Made by a program: the position numbers and the translations under genes. The notes under the pieces are model-generated. The model was not told the origin of the DNA, made no database searches, and saw nothing but the letters and a program-made list of their open reading frames with translations. Below are positions 40,901-52,689 of a stretch of DNA of 64,000 nucleotides, piece after piece. The DNA lies in NCBI RefSeq assembly GCF_018977255.1, contig NW_024704742.1:40302001-40366000 (forward strand), in the 5' to 3' direction. The stretch is from Callorhinchus milii. Its lineage: Eukaryota. The first letter of the stretch is position 1, and the number at the start of each line of letters is the position of its first letter.

Positions 40901-41371
40901 TCGCCTCCACTGGCTTCCCATCCCCCAGAGGATCGAATTCAGGATCCTCATCCTTACCTACAAGGCCATTCACGGTCTTGCTCCCTCCTACCTCTCTGAT
41001 CTACTATCCCCCTACTTACCTGCCCGTACCCTATGTTCCTCTGGCTCGTCTGCTCCACATCCCCGTCCCAACCGCCCTACCATCGGTGGCCGGGCTTTCA
41101 GCCTCTCAGCCCCTAGGCTCTGGAACTCCATCCCCGAGTGCCTTTGCCTTGCTTCCTCCCTTTCCTCCTTCAAGGCCGGTCTCGAGACCTTTCTCTTCAA
41201 CCGTGCCTTCAGCTCCCCTCTCGATTCTCTACCCCCTCCTCGCTCCCTCCCTTCCCTCCCCTCCCCTGACCATTTGCCCCCTGCTCGGGTCCCGACCTAA
41301 CTGTCCAGCACTTTGGGACATCCTCCCGACGTGAAAGACGCTCTATAAATGCAATCTTGTTGTTGTTGTTT
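37950..41371 (+). mobile_element. Near full-length L2 LINE copy C (APE endonuclease plus RT), frameshifted
   Basis: ORF 38265-39287 has LQNVRSL.NK, ALTETW, GGGVA, YRPP, LGDFN and SDHH. ORF 39713-40363 has YRPISNLPFLSK and [13 protein letters not shown] lies near 40398; (ttg)n tail at 41357-41371. Confidence 0.96.
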
Positions 41372-42845
41372 TGAGAGGAAGGGCAGGTTAGAAATAGGGC
41401 GGTAATGGCTGGGGTTTGAGGGATCTTGGGAAGGTGTTTTCAGGAGGGGGTTGATGGCAGCAGTTTTGAGGGAGGCAGGGACTAATCCGGAGGAAAGGAA
41501 TTGGTTGATGATGTCAGTCAGTATTGGGCAGAGGAGGGGAGCTGGATGACCAGTAAGTTAGTGGGGAGGGGGTCAAGGCAGCAGGTGGTGGGTTTCATGG
41601 AAGTGATGGTGGGTGAGAGGGAGGAGGCAGAGATGGGGAGGAAGGAATGTAGAATGGAGGTGGTGGTAGGAGCAGATGATGAGGAAGGTGAGGGGGACAG
41701 AGAGGGCATAGTGTTGGGTGACAAGGTGCAGGTGGATGAGGCTGCCTGGCGGATGTTAAATATTTTAGAAGAAAAGAAGTCATGACGTCCTCGCACTTGG
41801 CATTTGATACGAAGATTGAGGAGGCCTGAAGGGGTGCACGGAGGAGGTAGTAGGTGGTGGTGGGGAAAAAAGGATTTTTGTGTTGTGTTTAAGATGATGT
41901 TGGAGTAGAAGGCCGTTTTTGCACGAGTCAAAGAACGGTGGTAGCTGTGGAGATGCTCGAGCCACAGCTGACGGTGAACTGTCAGGCCAGTTTTCCGCCA
42001 TCTGTGCTCAAGCAGACGGGTTTGGGTTTTTTGGTGGCAGAGATTGTTGTTGTACCAGGGGGATCGGGTGGGTTTGGAGATGGGCCTGGATTTTAGGGGG
42101 ACGAGGGAGTTGAAGGTGGAGGAGAGGCGATCATGGAGCAGCTGGACGGCTGCTTCAGGATCTCCGCGGGTGGAGGGCCAGAGGGATAAGATGTTTGATG
42201 ATGAGAGGGCCTTTGTGAGGGTCTCAGGGAGCAGCCTTTTCCAAGGGCGGTAGAGGATGGTTGAGGGCTTGGTGGAGGAGAGAGGGATGTGAGAGGAGAA
42301 GGAGATGAAAAAGTGGTCCGAGATGGCCTTGTCCACTATGCTGAGGTCGGAAATGTCAAGGCCATGGGTGATGACGAGGTCAAGTGAACGACCACAGTTG
42401 TGGGTGAGTGAGTTTATATGAAGGGTGAGGTTTAGGGAGGAGAGGAGGGCAGTGAAATCAGCAGAAGTGGTGCAGGGGGAGTTTAAGTGGAGGTTGAAAT
42501 CGCCCATTATGAGTAGGCGCTCGGAGCAGAGGGACAGGTGAGGAGAGTAAAGATGTCTGTATGGAAGGAGCTGGGGGGCTTGGAGGGGTGGTAGACAAGG
42601 AGGATTTTCAAAGGGAGAGAGGGGCGGAAGAGGCTGAGGTGCTCAAAGGAGGGTAAGCAGCCAGAGGAGTAGAGGTGAGACCAAGGGAGGCTTTGAAAAT
42701 GAAGGCCACTCCGCCGCCACGTTGGTTTGGATGGGGGGTGTGGTGGAAGGTGTAGCCTGGAGGGGAGGCTTCCACTGGGGGGACGGGGTCATTGGAGGAG
42801 AGCCAGGTTTTGGTGAGCCCAAGAATGTCAAGGTGCTCGTCCATA
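41372..42845 (-). mobile_element. L2 LINE copy B, middle part (endonuclease to RT start)
   Basis: ORF 41518-42507 (GDFN..SDHF) and 42608-42844 (DILGLTKTW, GGGVA). Confidence 0.9.
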
Positions 42846-44303
42846 ACATAACATGTAGGAGCAGGAGTAGGCTATTAGGCCCTTCGAGCCTGCCCCGTTA
42901 TTCAATCATGGCTGATCTTCTAATTAACTTCAGCTAATACCATAACCCTGCCTTATCCCCATATCCCTTAATCACTTTTGCAGTAAGAAACATATCTATC
43001 TCAGTCTTGAATATGTTCAAGGACTGAGCGTCAACAGCCCTTTGGGGTAGCGAGTTCCATACATTCACCACCCTTTGAGTGAAGAAGTTCTTCCTCAACT
43101 CAGTGCGACAGGGCTGGCCTCTGATTTTAAGGTTGTGACCCCTGGTTTTAGTTTCTCCAACCAGGGGAAACAACCTCCCACTATCTACTCTATCATGCCC
43201 TTTGATGATCTTATAGGTTTCTATAAGAGCCCCTCTACTTCTTCTATATTCTAGAGAATATAGACCCAAATTGGTCAGCCTATCCTCGTAACTCAACCCC
43301 TTCTTCCCTGGTACTAACCTGGTAAATCTACGCTGCACCCCCTCCAAGGCAAGTACATCCTTAAATGAGGAGACCAAAAATTGCACACAGTATTCCAGGT
43401 GTGGTCTCACCAGGGCCCTATACAGTTGCAGCAAGACTTCCCTACTCTTATACTCTAATCCTTTCATAATGAATGCTAACATACCGTTCGCCTTCCTAAT
43501 TGCTGCTGCACCTGCAGACTAACTTTCTGTGATTGGTGTACAAGGACACCCAAGTCCCTCTGGACGCGAACACATTCCAATCTCTCCCCTTCTAAAAAAT
43601 AACCCGCTCCACTGTTTTTGCTACCTAGGTGGATGACTTCACACTTCCCTACATTATACTTCATCTGCCACCTACCTGCCCAATCACCTAACCTATCTAT
43701 GTCTCGCTGCATGCTTCCCCCAATTCCATGGGCCCCTATCTTTTGGACTAACCTTTTATGAGGCACCTTATCGAATGCCTTCTGGAAGTCCAAATAGACC
43801 ACATCCACTGATTCACCCTTATCTAGTTTACTCGAAATATCCTCAAAAAATTCTATGAGATTTGTCAAACATGACTTCCCTTTTGTAAAGCCATGTTGAC
43901 TTGGCCTAATTATATTGTGCTCCTCTAAATACTGCATTACCACACCTTTAATCAATGATTCTAAAATGTTTCCTATCGCTGATGTGAGACTAACTGGCCT
44001 ATAGTTCCCCATCTTTTCCTTTCCACCTTTTTTAAATAGTGGTGTGACATTTGCGATCTTCCAATCCATGGGGACTGTTTCAGAATTTTGGAAGATCAGA
44101 CATAAGGCCTCCGCTGTCTCATAAGCTACCTCTTTTAAAACTCTGGGATGCAAGCCATCCGGACCAGGGGATTTGTCACTTTTTAGTCCTAACAGTTTCC
44201 CAATCACCAATTCTCTACTAATGAAAATTTCCCTAAGTTGCTCCCTCTCCTTATCCCCTTGGTGCATCTCTATTGTTGGCAGACTTGTTGTGTCTTCTAG
44301 GGT
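42846..44303 (-). mobile_element. CR1 LINE with an internal deletion, nested in L2 copy B
   Basis: ORF 43476-44267 (KSPGPDGLHPRVLKE, NYRPVSLTS, YLDFQKAFDKVPH) and 42934-43482 (RPHLEYCVQF, TRGHNLK). The QG/ADD region is missing. Confidence 0.95.
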
Positions 44304-44633
44304 GACGACAGGATGAGGTCGTGGATGGTGAGGGCTTTATTTGAGAGAGAATGGACATTTTGGAGGGAAATGCGGGTGGGTTTGCTGGTGAGAGGAGAGG
44401 GAGGAGAGAGTGATGGGGAGAGGATTTTGGGGTGTACAGGAGAGATGGCCGTGGAGAGGGATATGTTGGATATGCCTTAAGGAGGCGGTTTGAGCGGAGG
44501 GAGTGAATGATTGGACACTTGGGGTTGCTGCTCTGGGACAGCCAGTGCCGGAAGCCACGATGGGCCTGGAGGAGGATGCCCAGGCTGGAGCAGAGGGAAG
44601 TGGTGATGGGGTCAAGGAGGATTTGGCGGAGTA
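44304..44633 (-). mobile_element. L2 LINE copy B, 5' part
   Basis: Minus strand encodes RISLQNVHSLSNKALTIHDLIL, which joins DEHLDIL at 42844. Confidence 0.8.
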
Positions 44634-46250
44634 TAACCTTGGAGTAGAAGGAGGATTTGGCGGAGACGAGAGCACAAGGTCTTGGTATGATGAAGCCAAA
44701 TCTGCCGATGGACCGTTAAATTGAATCTGCTACAGGTGTGTTCGGCAGTTCACACTTGTGCCTTGAGGGAACGGGGATGGCTAGTGTATCAGGGGGATTT
44801 ACGGGAATATGAGGCAGTTCTGGAGGTGAGGGGGGCAAGGGAGTCTAGAATGGAGGAGAGGGAGTTGTGGATAAAAGGGAGCAAGGAGGGTAGATCGGTC
44901 AGTGAGGGCCAGAGGTGTAGGAATTCAGATGACTCCAGGACAGTGGAGTGGGAGAGGGAGGAAAGTTTTTTCCACGGACGGTATGTGATGGTAGAGTGTT
45001 GAGAAGGGGAAGGGCTACGGAGGTGTTGAGGGAGATGAAGTGGTGGTCTGAGGTGACTTTGTCGGTGATGGTGAGGCCCTGGGTGATCACCAGATCAGGG
45101 GTAGCAACGGTTGTGGGTGGGGGAGTGGATGTGGAGGGAGAGGTTAACGGAAGAGAGAAGGGAGGAGAAGTCAGCAGACGTAGGGCAGGGAGATGAAGTG
45201 GAGGTTGAAGTCGCCTAAGATTAGGAGGTGTTCAGAGCAGAGGGAAGATAGGAGGGTGGAGATGTCCAAGAGCAAGGTGGGGGAAGGCTTGGGGGGGGAA
45301 CGGTAAACAAGGAGGATTTTGAGGGAGAGCCTGGAAGGGTGGAAGAGGGTAAGGTGTTCAAAGGAGGGGAAGGTTCCCGAGAAGTAAGGGGAAAGGCCGA
45401 GGGGTGACTGGGAGATGAGAGCCACACCACTGCCACGGCAATTAGGCCGTGGGGTTTGGTGGAAGGTGTAACCCGGAGTTGTGACCTCAACTAGTGGGAA
45501 GGTGTAGCCTGTTTGTGGTGGGAGTGTAGGGGAGATGAGGGGGGGATGGGGGTGGATAGACGGGTTGGATGGGGATGTGAGTGAGGGAGGAAAGGTTGAC
45601 TCCTGTGTGTGAGGGCCGGTGGGTCTTGCGGCGAGAATGGGGAAAGGGGCAGTCAGGGTGGGTTCTGTAGGACAGCCGACGGCGTCTACCATGGTGGGCG
45701 CAACAGAGAATGTGAAGGGAGGAGCAGAGGGAGGCTGTGGAGGAGTCGAGGAGGGATAGGAGTTGGGGCAGGCGGAGGGATAGGAGGGTTGAGCGGGAGT
45801 AGTGGAGAGAAAGGGAAAGGGTCGGGAACATCTTGGGAAAGCAGCTCGGGTCAATTGCGGCAGCCAATGTGTGCCCGCTGAGACTCGGAGCGAACAGGAG
45901 TGTTCAGCGAGCCATGGTTAGCCCGCTGGGCTGGGCTGGTGAGGCTCAGTGAGGAGATGGGGGCAGTGATGTCCTCCCAGTGTGTCCTGGCCTCGAGATT
46001 CAAATGAGGCGGGCGGGATGACATCACAGGGACTGGGATGGTGGTGCGGGCGCTGTTGGAGGCGCGGGCGCTGTTGGGGGCGTGGGCACTGTTGGTGTGG
46101 CCTAGCAGAGGCGGTGAGACCCTTGCGAGTCTCTTCGCACCACACCGCGTGGCCTCGGGCCCCGCGCTGGGCCCCGTCGCCGCTCGGGGCATCGAATTCC
46201 TCACTGGAGAAGTCCTCAGACTTCGAGTCAGCCTCACCGCGGGTCCCACT
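44634..46250 (-). mobile_element. L2 LINE copy A, 5' part (5' region, endonuclease, linker)
   Basis: SAKSSFYSKVI at 44634-44670 joins LEAMDNPRLLF at 36611; endonuclease motifs in ORF 45171-45854. Confidence 0.85.
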
Positions 46251-46789
46251 CACCGCTGAGCCACCCCAGACATTAACATCTCCGTACACATATCTTTTAC
46301 AAACGTTAATAAACTTAAAAAAAACTCTTCTGTAAGTCTTGACCAATCACATACATTGTCTGTTGTTGATCCGAAACCAGACTTACTTCTCATAACTTCC
46401 CTGTTCAGGTACTCTGTGTCTACTTCTTAACCCATGACTACTCACGCAATCTTTCTAAGCCAGATACAATGCCGCAGGCAAAAAGCTTGCATTGAACTCC
46501 ATGACCCTTGTTCTTACTGATACAAACGTTACATCCGAAAAATGTATTTTCCCGGCCCTCTTGGTTTTAACAGATCTGTCAATTATTTAGCAGATTTTGA
46601 CCCATTTAATAACTTCCTTGACGTTGTCTCGACACCCATGCAACCATCTTCGATTGACACTTTCTAGTGCTTTTAAATTCTCGAGTCTTTTCACGACACT
46701 TGTCTTTCCACCTCCTCTCTCTCACCACACGGTGATCTGGTTTGGCTAAAATGCCATGCTCTCCCCAGCATTTGAGTGTCTGTAGACGG

Positions 46790-47620
46790 CTTTATTTACT
46801 TGACCTGACTGAAACAGTTCTAGGCTTTCCTCTCGGAGTTAGAATGCGTAGACTTTGGGTTCAATATTTTACCATCTTGCTTGGTTTATGAAACCTGTCC
46901 CTCAATGTTCCAGTTTTGTAATGGTTCCTCCAAGCCACAAAATCCTCCTCTTGATACTCACGATTATTTTCACTCTGATGCCCTTTGTTGTACTCGTCAA
47001 TCATGTTACGCTAGAGATTCTTGAAACTCGTCTAGCTGTACCGTGCTTATACTAGCAGGAGTTTGAGTTATTGGAGTGATCATTTGTCTCCCATGGAACG
47101 GATAGAAAGGTGTAAGACCCAATCTGTCACTCGGTGGTCTGTTGTTCACCCCCATCAGAACCTATGGAATTCTTTTGTCCCATTTACTTCCTTTCTTTTA
47201 AACAAGCTTTTTTCAGTACATTCTTGATAATGCCATTAGACCGCTCAACCTTTCCCGAGTTTCCAGGTGATATGGAACATGCAGGCTACGTTTCATCCCC
47301 AGCTTCTCCGTTACTGCTTTAATTGTATCAGCCATAAAATGGCTGCCCCAGTCTAATTCCAAGAGTTTGATTACTCCCTTTCTAGGAATGAGCTCCACTG
47401 TCATGATTCTTAATACAGTCTGAGCAGTGCTCCTTTTACGAGGGTGTGCTGTTGTACACCCAGTAGTGTGATCTACAGAAACTAGTATGTGACGATCACC
47501 TCTAGCAGTTTTGGGTAGAGGTCTGATAAAGTCTAAATAAGCCTGCTCCCATGGGTAATCAATTTTCACATTTTTATTTCTCTGTACGTTGTTAGGATTA
47601 ACTTGAATGCACCACAATCA
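46790..47620 (-). mobile_element. pol: Foamy-like ERV integrase (core plus C-terminal domain), degenerate
   Basis: ORF 47213-47617: PWEQAYLDFIRPLP, ILVSVDHTT, LDWGSHF, HVPYH, and a frameshifted GKVERSNGIIK. Downstream: LGLTPF...LRDRFHKPSKMVK..ILTPRGKPRTVS. Confidence 0.88.
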
Positions 47621-47625
47621 CCCTT

Positions 47626-48213
47626 TGCTTCGGTTCTCACCCCTAATGTAAACCTGTAAAATGTTTCCCGTGTAGTGAATTAGGTGGCCTCTGAAATCGA
47701 ACCTTCTCGGTGAGTGCAAGTTCCCTATTCTAAGGTGTAACTTCACTGATGAGAGTCAACACAATGACAGGTTCTACCAGTACTGTATAAATAGCAAAGG
47801 GGAGCTTCCGTCAGAACCCTGCGCACCAAAGGACTGTGACGTAGGCTTAACCTGCAGATGAAAATTCCTCCTCCCTCCTGATTTATACAGAAACACGAGC
47901 AGCACGATTAAGAAAGCTCCAACAATATTTTATTGGAGTTTCTCACAGCCCTACGCCTAACTTATACATTCCGACAAATTGGATAAAAACAATGCAATTT
48001 GGAATAATAAAACCAAATACATTTAAACTATATCAGCTGGCAGCCTTTTAACAAGCCAGTAAAACACGAGAAACCAATCATGACCAGAGACTCTTCCTCT
48101 TTGATGTCAAAGCAAAATGAAGAGAGACAACGAAGCATGCTGGCTCGCTCTTTTTAAGGGCATTAATCCCATCCTCTTATTTTGGGAGTATCCAATAATT
48201 ATTCAATGTCACA
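47626..48213 (-). mobile_element. LTR of the foamy-like family interrupting the integrase zinc finger
   Basis: Homologous to 58721-59100 (ggcctctg..tcga, gagtgcaagttcc, acacaatgacag, acaaattggataaaaac, ctttgatgtca). Minus-strand end ...GAACCGAAGCA; AATAAA on minus near 47930. Upper boundary and TSD are uncertain. Confidence 0.7.
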
Positions 48214-49414
48214 ATGTGCCTTTGATCCTCTTTTTCCCACCAAAACATCAAAACATCATTGTATTACAGCCTCCTAGATACTGCATCGGTCTTCACCCTT
48301 ATATAGACTCCCCAGTCCGTCATGAGCCATTGTAACCAAGTATTCCCGTACTCGTTTTGACGGTATCAGTTGGTTTTTCGACTCCTTTTGCCAGAACAAC
48401 TTGTGTCCTTCCACCAGAAGCTTCTTTCCCATGACCCAATTTGGAGAGTTATCCATTTACCCTGAAGGTCACAACTTCCGTTAATTCGGGGTCTGCAGCA
48501 AAGCCGCAAACAACAAACCCTATCACAGACACTTTTGCAGCCGACTGTGCTCATTTAAAAAGCACGCAGAGCGGGCAAGTATGTCTGCACGGTTGTTACC
48601 AAAGTTATGAATGAATGCCATCTTTCTGATGACATAACATATGACAAACTTTTTGTTTGTCACATAAGAGTTGTTGCTATGTTGTGTTATGGACCCAGAG
48701 TTTACCCTTGTAATTGGTCGAATTCTCTGCAGCCCAATGAATAAGGTCAACAGAATAGGCTCTACACACATGAGTAGAATCAGTGACGATCACTAGCATT
48801 GTGCTTCACGAGAGAAGCTTCATGGCCTCCAGCAGGTGAATAGCTTCAGTCGCTTGTGCTGACCCCTCCACCCCCCGCCCCTTGCATGGGATAGATTGGT
48901 TTTCCGATTCTTCCCATTGAGATCCATTTGCCAACGGCAATACCCACTCCTGCCTCCCTTTTATTCACCTCTTGTGCTGAATCCTCACAATACAATACAG
49001 TCAATCCATCCACTAACGCCCAAGGTTTAACTTCCTCTGGTGGTTTACATTTGGCACAAAACACTCAAAGTCAAAATCAAGTTCAGTTTTTTGTTTGAAA
49101 CTTTTACCCTAAAAGCACTTCCCACAAAGCCCAGCTTTGCTTCAAGGCTTTTGGAGTTTTACCTTTTCCTCACGCTGCGAGACTGAGTTAGAAGGATAAT
49201 TTTTTCATTATGTTGAGCTAAGTATTTTACTTTAGTTAGCATGGTAGTTTCTGCAGCTAAGGTTCTTTCCTCCAGGTCGAACGTTTTCTCGACCTGAGAG
49301 AAATCAAAGTTAATACACTTTAAAGGAATGGGTTCTTTTTCCTGCTCAATCCTTGCAATGGTGTATTTCTCCCCACCTGAAGGGCTACTATTAAATCTGT
49401 TCCTTGTACTCTTT
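48214..49414 (-). mobile_element. pol: Foamy-like ERV pol: tether, RNase H and integrase N-terminus
   Basis: PLKCINFDFSQVEKTF..EERTL..LTKVKYLA, KALKQSWALW, VLYCEDS, SAQATEA, VIVTDS..V, W..ENSTNYKGK, GNNRADILAR, LVTMAHDG. Confidence 0.88.
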
Positions 49415-49905
49415 CCCACATCCACAACTGGCACCGCCTTCCACCACCTCCGGAACATCGCCAGACTACGGCACTACCTCACCCCTCACGCTGCTGAAAC
49501 ACTGGTCCCTCCTGCGGTTGCACCCTCCTACCTCTCCGACCTACTATCCCCCTACTTACCTGCCTGTACTCTCCGTTCCTCTGGCTCCGGTCTGCTCCAC
49601 ATCCCCCCCTAACCAGCCTACCATCGGTGGCCGGGTTTTCAGCCTCTCAGCCCCTAGGCTCTGGAACTCTATCCCCCAGTGCCTTCGCCTTGCTTCCACC
49701 CTTTCCTCCTTCAAGGCCGGTCTCAAAACCTTTCTCTTCAGCCGTGCCTTCAGCTCTCCTCTCGACTCTCTACCCCCTCCTCGCTCCCTCCCTTCCCTCA
49801 CCCTGACCATTTCCCCCCTGCTCGGGTCCCGACCCAACTGTCCAGCGCCTTGGGACGTCCTCCTGACGTGAAAGGCGCTCTGTAAATACAATGTTGTTGT
49901 TGTTA
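49415..49905 (+). mobile_element. L2 3' fragment (copy C subfamily) inserted in the ERV pol
   Basis: Near-identical to parts of 40685-41371; (ttg)n tail. Confidence 0.92.
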
Positions 49906-50450
49906 ACCGCCCGAAAGCGTCCTGCAAAATTGCTTTCTGTAAAATCCCCTATCTCAGTTTTAAGTTACACAGTCTTTTACTCTCTCTATTAGAGAGCGTC
50001 CTATATAGTGGTCTTAACAATATAGTGTAGTTTGGGACAAAGTTTGGGCGTAGTTGCATCGTCCTAAATCCCCCTGTAACTACTTTCTGTTTCTAAGTGT
50101 TTTCACCTTTTCAATTTTTTTAAGGAAGTCTTCGGAAAGACCTACTCCGTCATTGGAATCTGTGTGCCCCAGGAATTCCACTTGGAATCTTCCTGTGTAG
50201 CTTTTAGATTTATTTTAAACCCTGCTGTCGTTAGCGCCTACAGCACCTTTTAAAATTTTTCAATATGGTCATTCTGGTTATCATCAGCCCAGAATATGTC
50301 GTCAACATGCAGGTTACCCCTGGTGTGCCTATCACTATCTGTTGTGTACATTCATCAAAAATGGATGGACTATTACACCAACTCTGTGGCATTCTACTTC
50401 AAGCATATTATTCAATTCCATTTTGTTTCAGCAAACCTACCAAACCATTT
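49906..50450 (-). mobile_element. pol: Foamy-like ERV reverse transcriptase, degenerate
   Basis: RMPQSWCNSPSIF, (H)VDDIFWADD at about 50280-50310, AGFKINLK, VEFLGH, GVGLSEDFLKKI, LQGI, FVPNYTILLRPLY. Confidence 0.88.
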
Positions 50451-50820
50451 TGTAGTTTAGCGGCTAGAGCACTCGCCTTGCAAGCGAGAGGATATGGGTT
50501 TGATTCCAGGCAGGGTGAAACATTGGGCAAGTTTCCTTACTCCACACCTCTCTGTTCACTAAGCAATAAGTAGGAACCCAGTTGTTAGTTGATTGGCGGA
50601 TCGCTTTTCTGAGGGTAAAATTCCCCTAAAAAAATAATTTGGTCACTCAATCCACGACTGTTTGTGGGAGGGACACTGCTGTGCGCAATTGGCAGCCGCG
50701 TATAGCCCACAAAATACAAAGTCACTACACATTGCAATATATTCTGTGAAGCGCTTTGAGATGTCTCAACGACATGATAAGGTGCTATATCAATTGCAAG
50801 GATTATTATAATTATTATTA
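50451..50820 (+). mobile_element. tRNA-Ala SINE inserted in the ERV
   Basis: Same family as 6461-6835. Confidence 0.88.
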
Positions 50821-51184
50821 ATAATATACTTATTATTAAGTAAGCAATTTCTCACTTACACTGAAATCCTCTATTTTCCACTTCTGTCTTCCGTTTCCGA
50901 CCGAGACGCATATTGCTGCTATGCCTGGATTCTCCCTGCATCTGCCCAGGTTACGCGAGGCACAAGTAGCATGGATCCTGACTGGGGGTGGGAGCTGGAG
51001 GAGTCCCTGTCACTCAGAGGAATCCTCTGGCTCCGCCCCTCTCCCTGTCACTCCCGGTGCGGACTCACACTTTCGCAGCGTCAGATTGACCACAACGGGA
51101 GGCGTAACTGGGAGATAAAACTAAAGTCCGAAGTGGTTTGGGGGCCATGTAAAATCGCCCGCCAGCCTCTGGTTTAAAGTATGC

Positions 51185-52005
51185 AACACTTGAATTTGGG
51201 GCTTTGTCTCCTGTTCTTCCCAAATTTGCTGCTAAATTGCTTTGTGGACTAAGGATTTCCCCTTGTAATTAGTTGAGTTCTCCACAGCCTAATTCACCAA
51301 ATTGTCAGAGTAGGCTCTGCACACATCCACAAAATTGCTAACAATTACTGACTTTGTGCTCGATGGGCAAAGTTTTAAAACTTCCAACAGAGTGATAGCT
51401 TCAGCCACATGTGCTGAATCCGCCTTGCATGGGATAGAGTGGATCTCTGTCTCTTTCCATCTCGTTGCCGTCCATTTGCCTACAGACATACTACTCTGGC
51501 CACCTTTCTTTCGGCTTGAGAAAATTCAAAACTGATATATTTGAGAATGAGAGGTTCTTGTCCTACTCTTGCGATAGCGGAATTTTCTCCCATCTGCAGA
51601 GATACCGTTAAATTTTTACAGATCATTCTAAGTGCCAGCGGGCAGCCCTGCAAAATGGTGCTTTGCCCTGCTGTTAGTAACGCTCTTAGTTACAGCGTTC
51701 AATGGTCTAAAGTCAATCACCAATCGCCAGGACCCGTCAGGTTTCCAAACTGCCAAAAGAGGTGCAATCGGTCTGACTCACATTTGGAAATGATCAGTTT
51801 ATTCTGCTTTTCCTTAGACTCCTCCCTGAATGCCCGTATCCACTAATCCATTTTACTTTTATTTCCTACCACCTATAACTACAGGAATACGAGGACGACT
51901 AGCAAACTTTATACTCAATAGATCCAGTCTTTATTGTTCTTGCCGGAACCAGCCAGTGACTCCTCTTCCTTTCTTTTTCTTCCTGAAGTGAAAGATTCAG
52001 ACTTA
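51185..52005 (-). mobile_element. pol: Second foamy-like pol remnant, multiply deleted (protease, RT start, tether, RNase H)
   Basis: SRPRIPVVIGGRK..GLVDTG (about 51830-51900), APLLAVWKPDGSWRLVIDFRPLNAVT, ILKYISFEFSQAERK, SAHVAEA...ENSTNYKGKSLVH. Confidence 0.82.
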
Positions 52006-52009
52006 AGAG

Positions 52010-52465
52010 CATAATAATTTGCTAGATGAAAGAAGACCAAGGTCCATCTAGTTCTCCTTCCACTGTCCTGGCAGTCGCTTGACATGTCATGTCCCAAACT
52101 ATACACTGTATCCTGAGATATTATTTTCTAGCAGAAATCTATCTTAATTTGTTCTTGAAACAAATGACATTTTCTGCTTCAACTGTCTCCCTAGGGAGCC
52201 TGTTCCATAACTTTACTACTTACTCACTGAAGTAATGTTTCCACAGATTTGTTCTGAGTTACCCCTTTCAGTCGTAGGTCTTGTCCTCTGGTTTTACTGT
52301 TCAGTACAAGATAAAACAGCTTGTCATGGTCTACATTATCTATTTCCTTCAGAATCTTAAAGACCGTAATCATAACACCCCTCAACCTTCTCTCCTCCAG
52401 TGTGAACATGCCCAGTTTATCTAATCGCTCCTCACAGTCCAGGTCCTCCATCCCTTCAATCACTT
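52010..52465 (-). mobile_element. CR1 3' fragment
   Basis: ORF 52224-52463: EERLDKLGMFTLEERRLRG..VFKILK..KTRG. Confidence 0.85.
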
Positions 52466-52689
52466 GCTCGGGTATCTATCAGATCAGGTCTATTTAAACA
52501 CCTGGTTACATATCCCTGCTCACTCACCTGCTGACTGAAGTTCCTTAAATTGATCTTCTAGAACCTTGCTGCTCTTTTTCAGTCTGAACAAGACCAAGTT
52601 GCACTTATGTATCACCTTTCATATAGGATGAATGTCTTAAAGTGTTCACAAAGAAGATGGTGTCACTGAGCATGGTGGGAAGGACTCTT

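Noticed and set aside
46790..52005. Interpretation as an ordinary Gypsy element
   Set aside because: The tether plus a second RNase H, the foamy-like IN tail and the Lys1,2 PBS fit a retrovirus better. Phylogeny is still needed.
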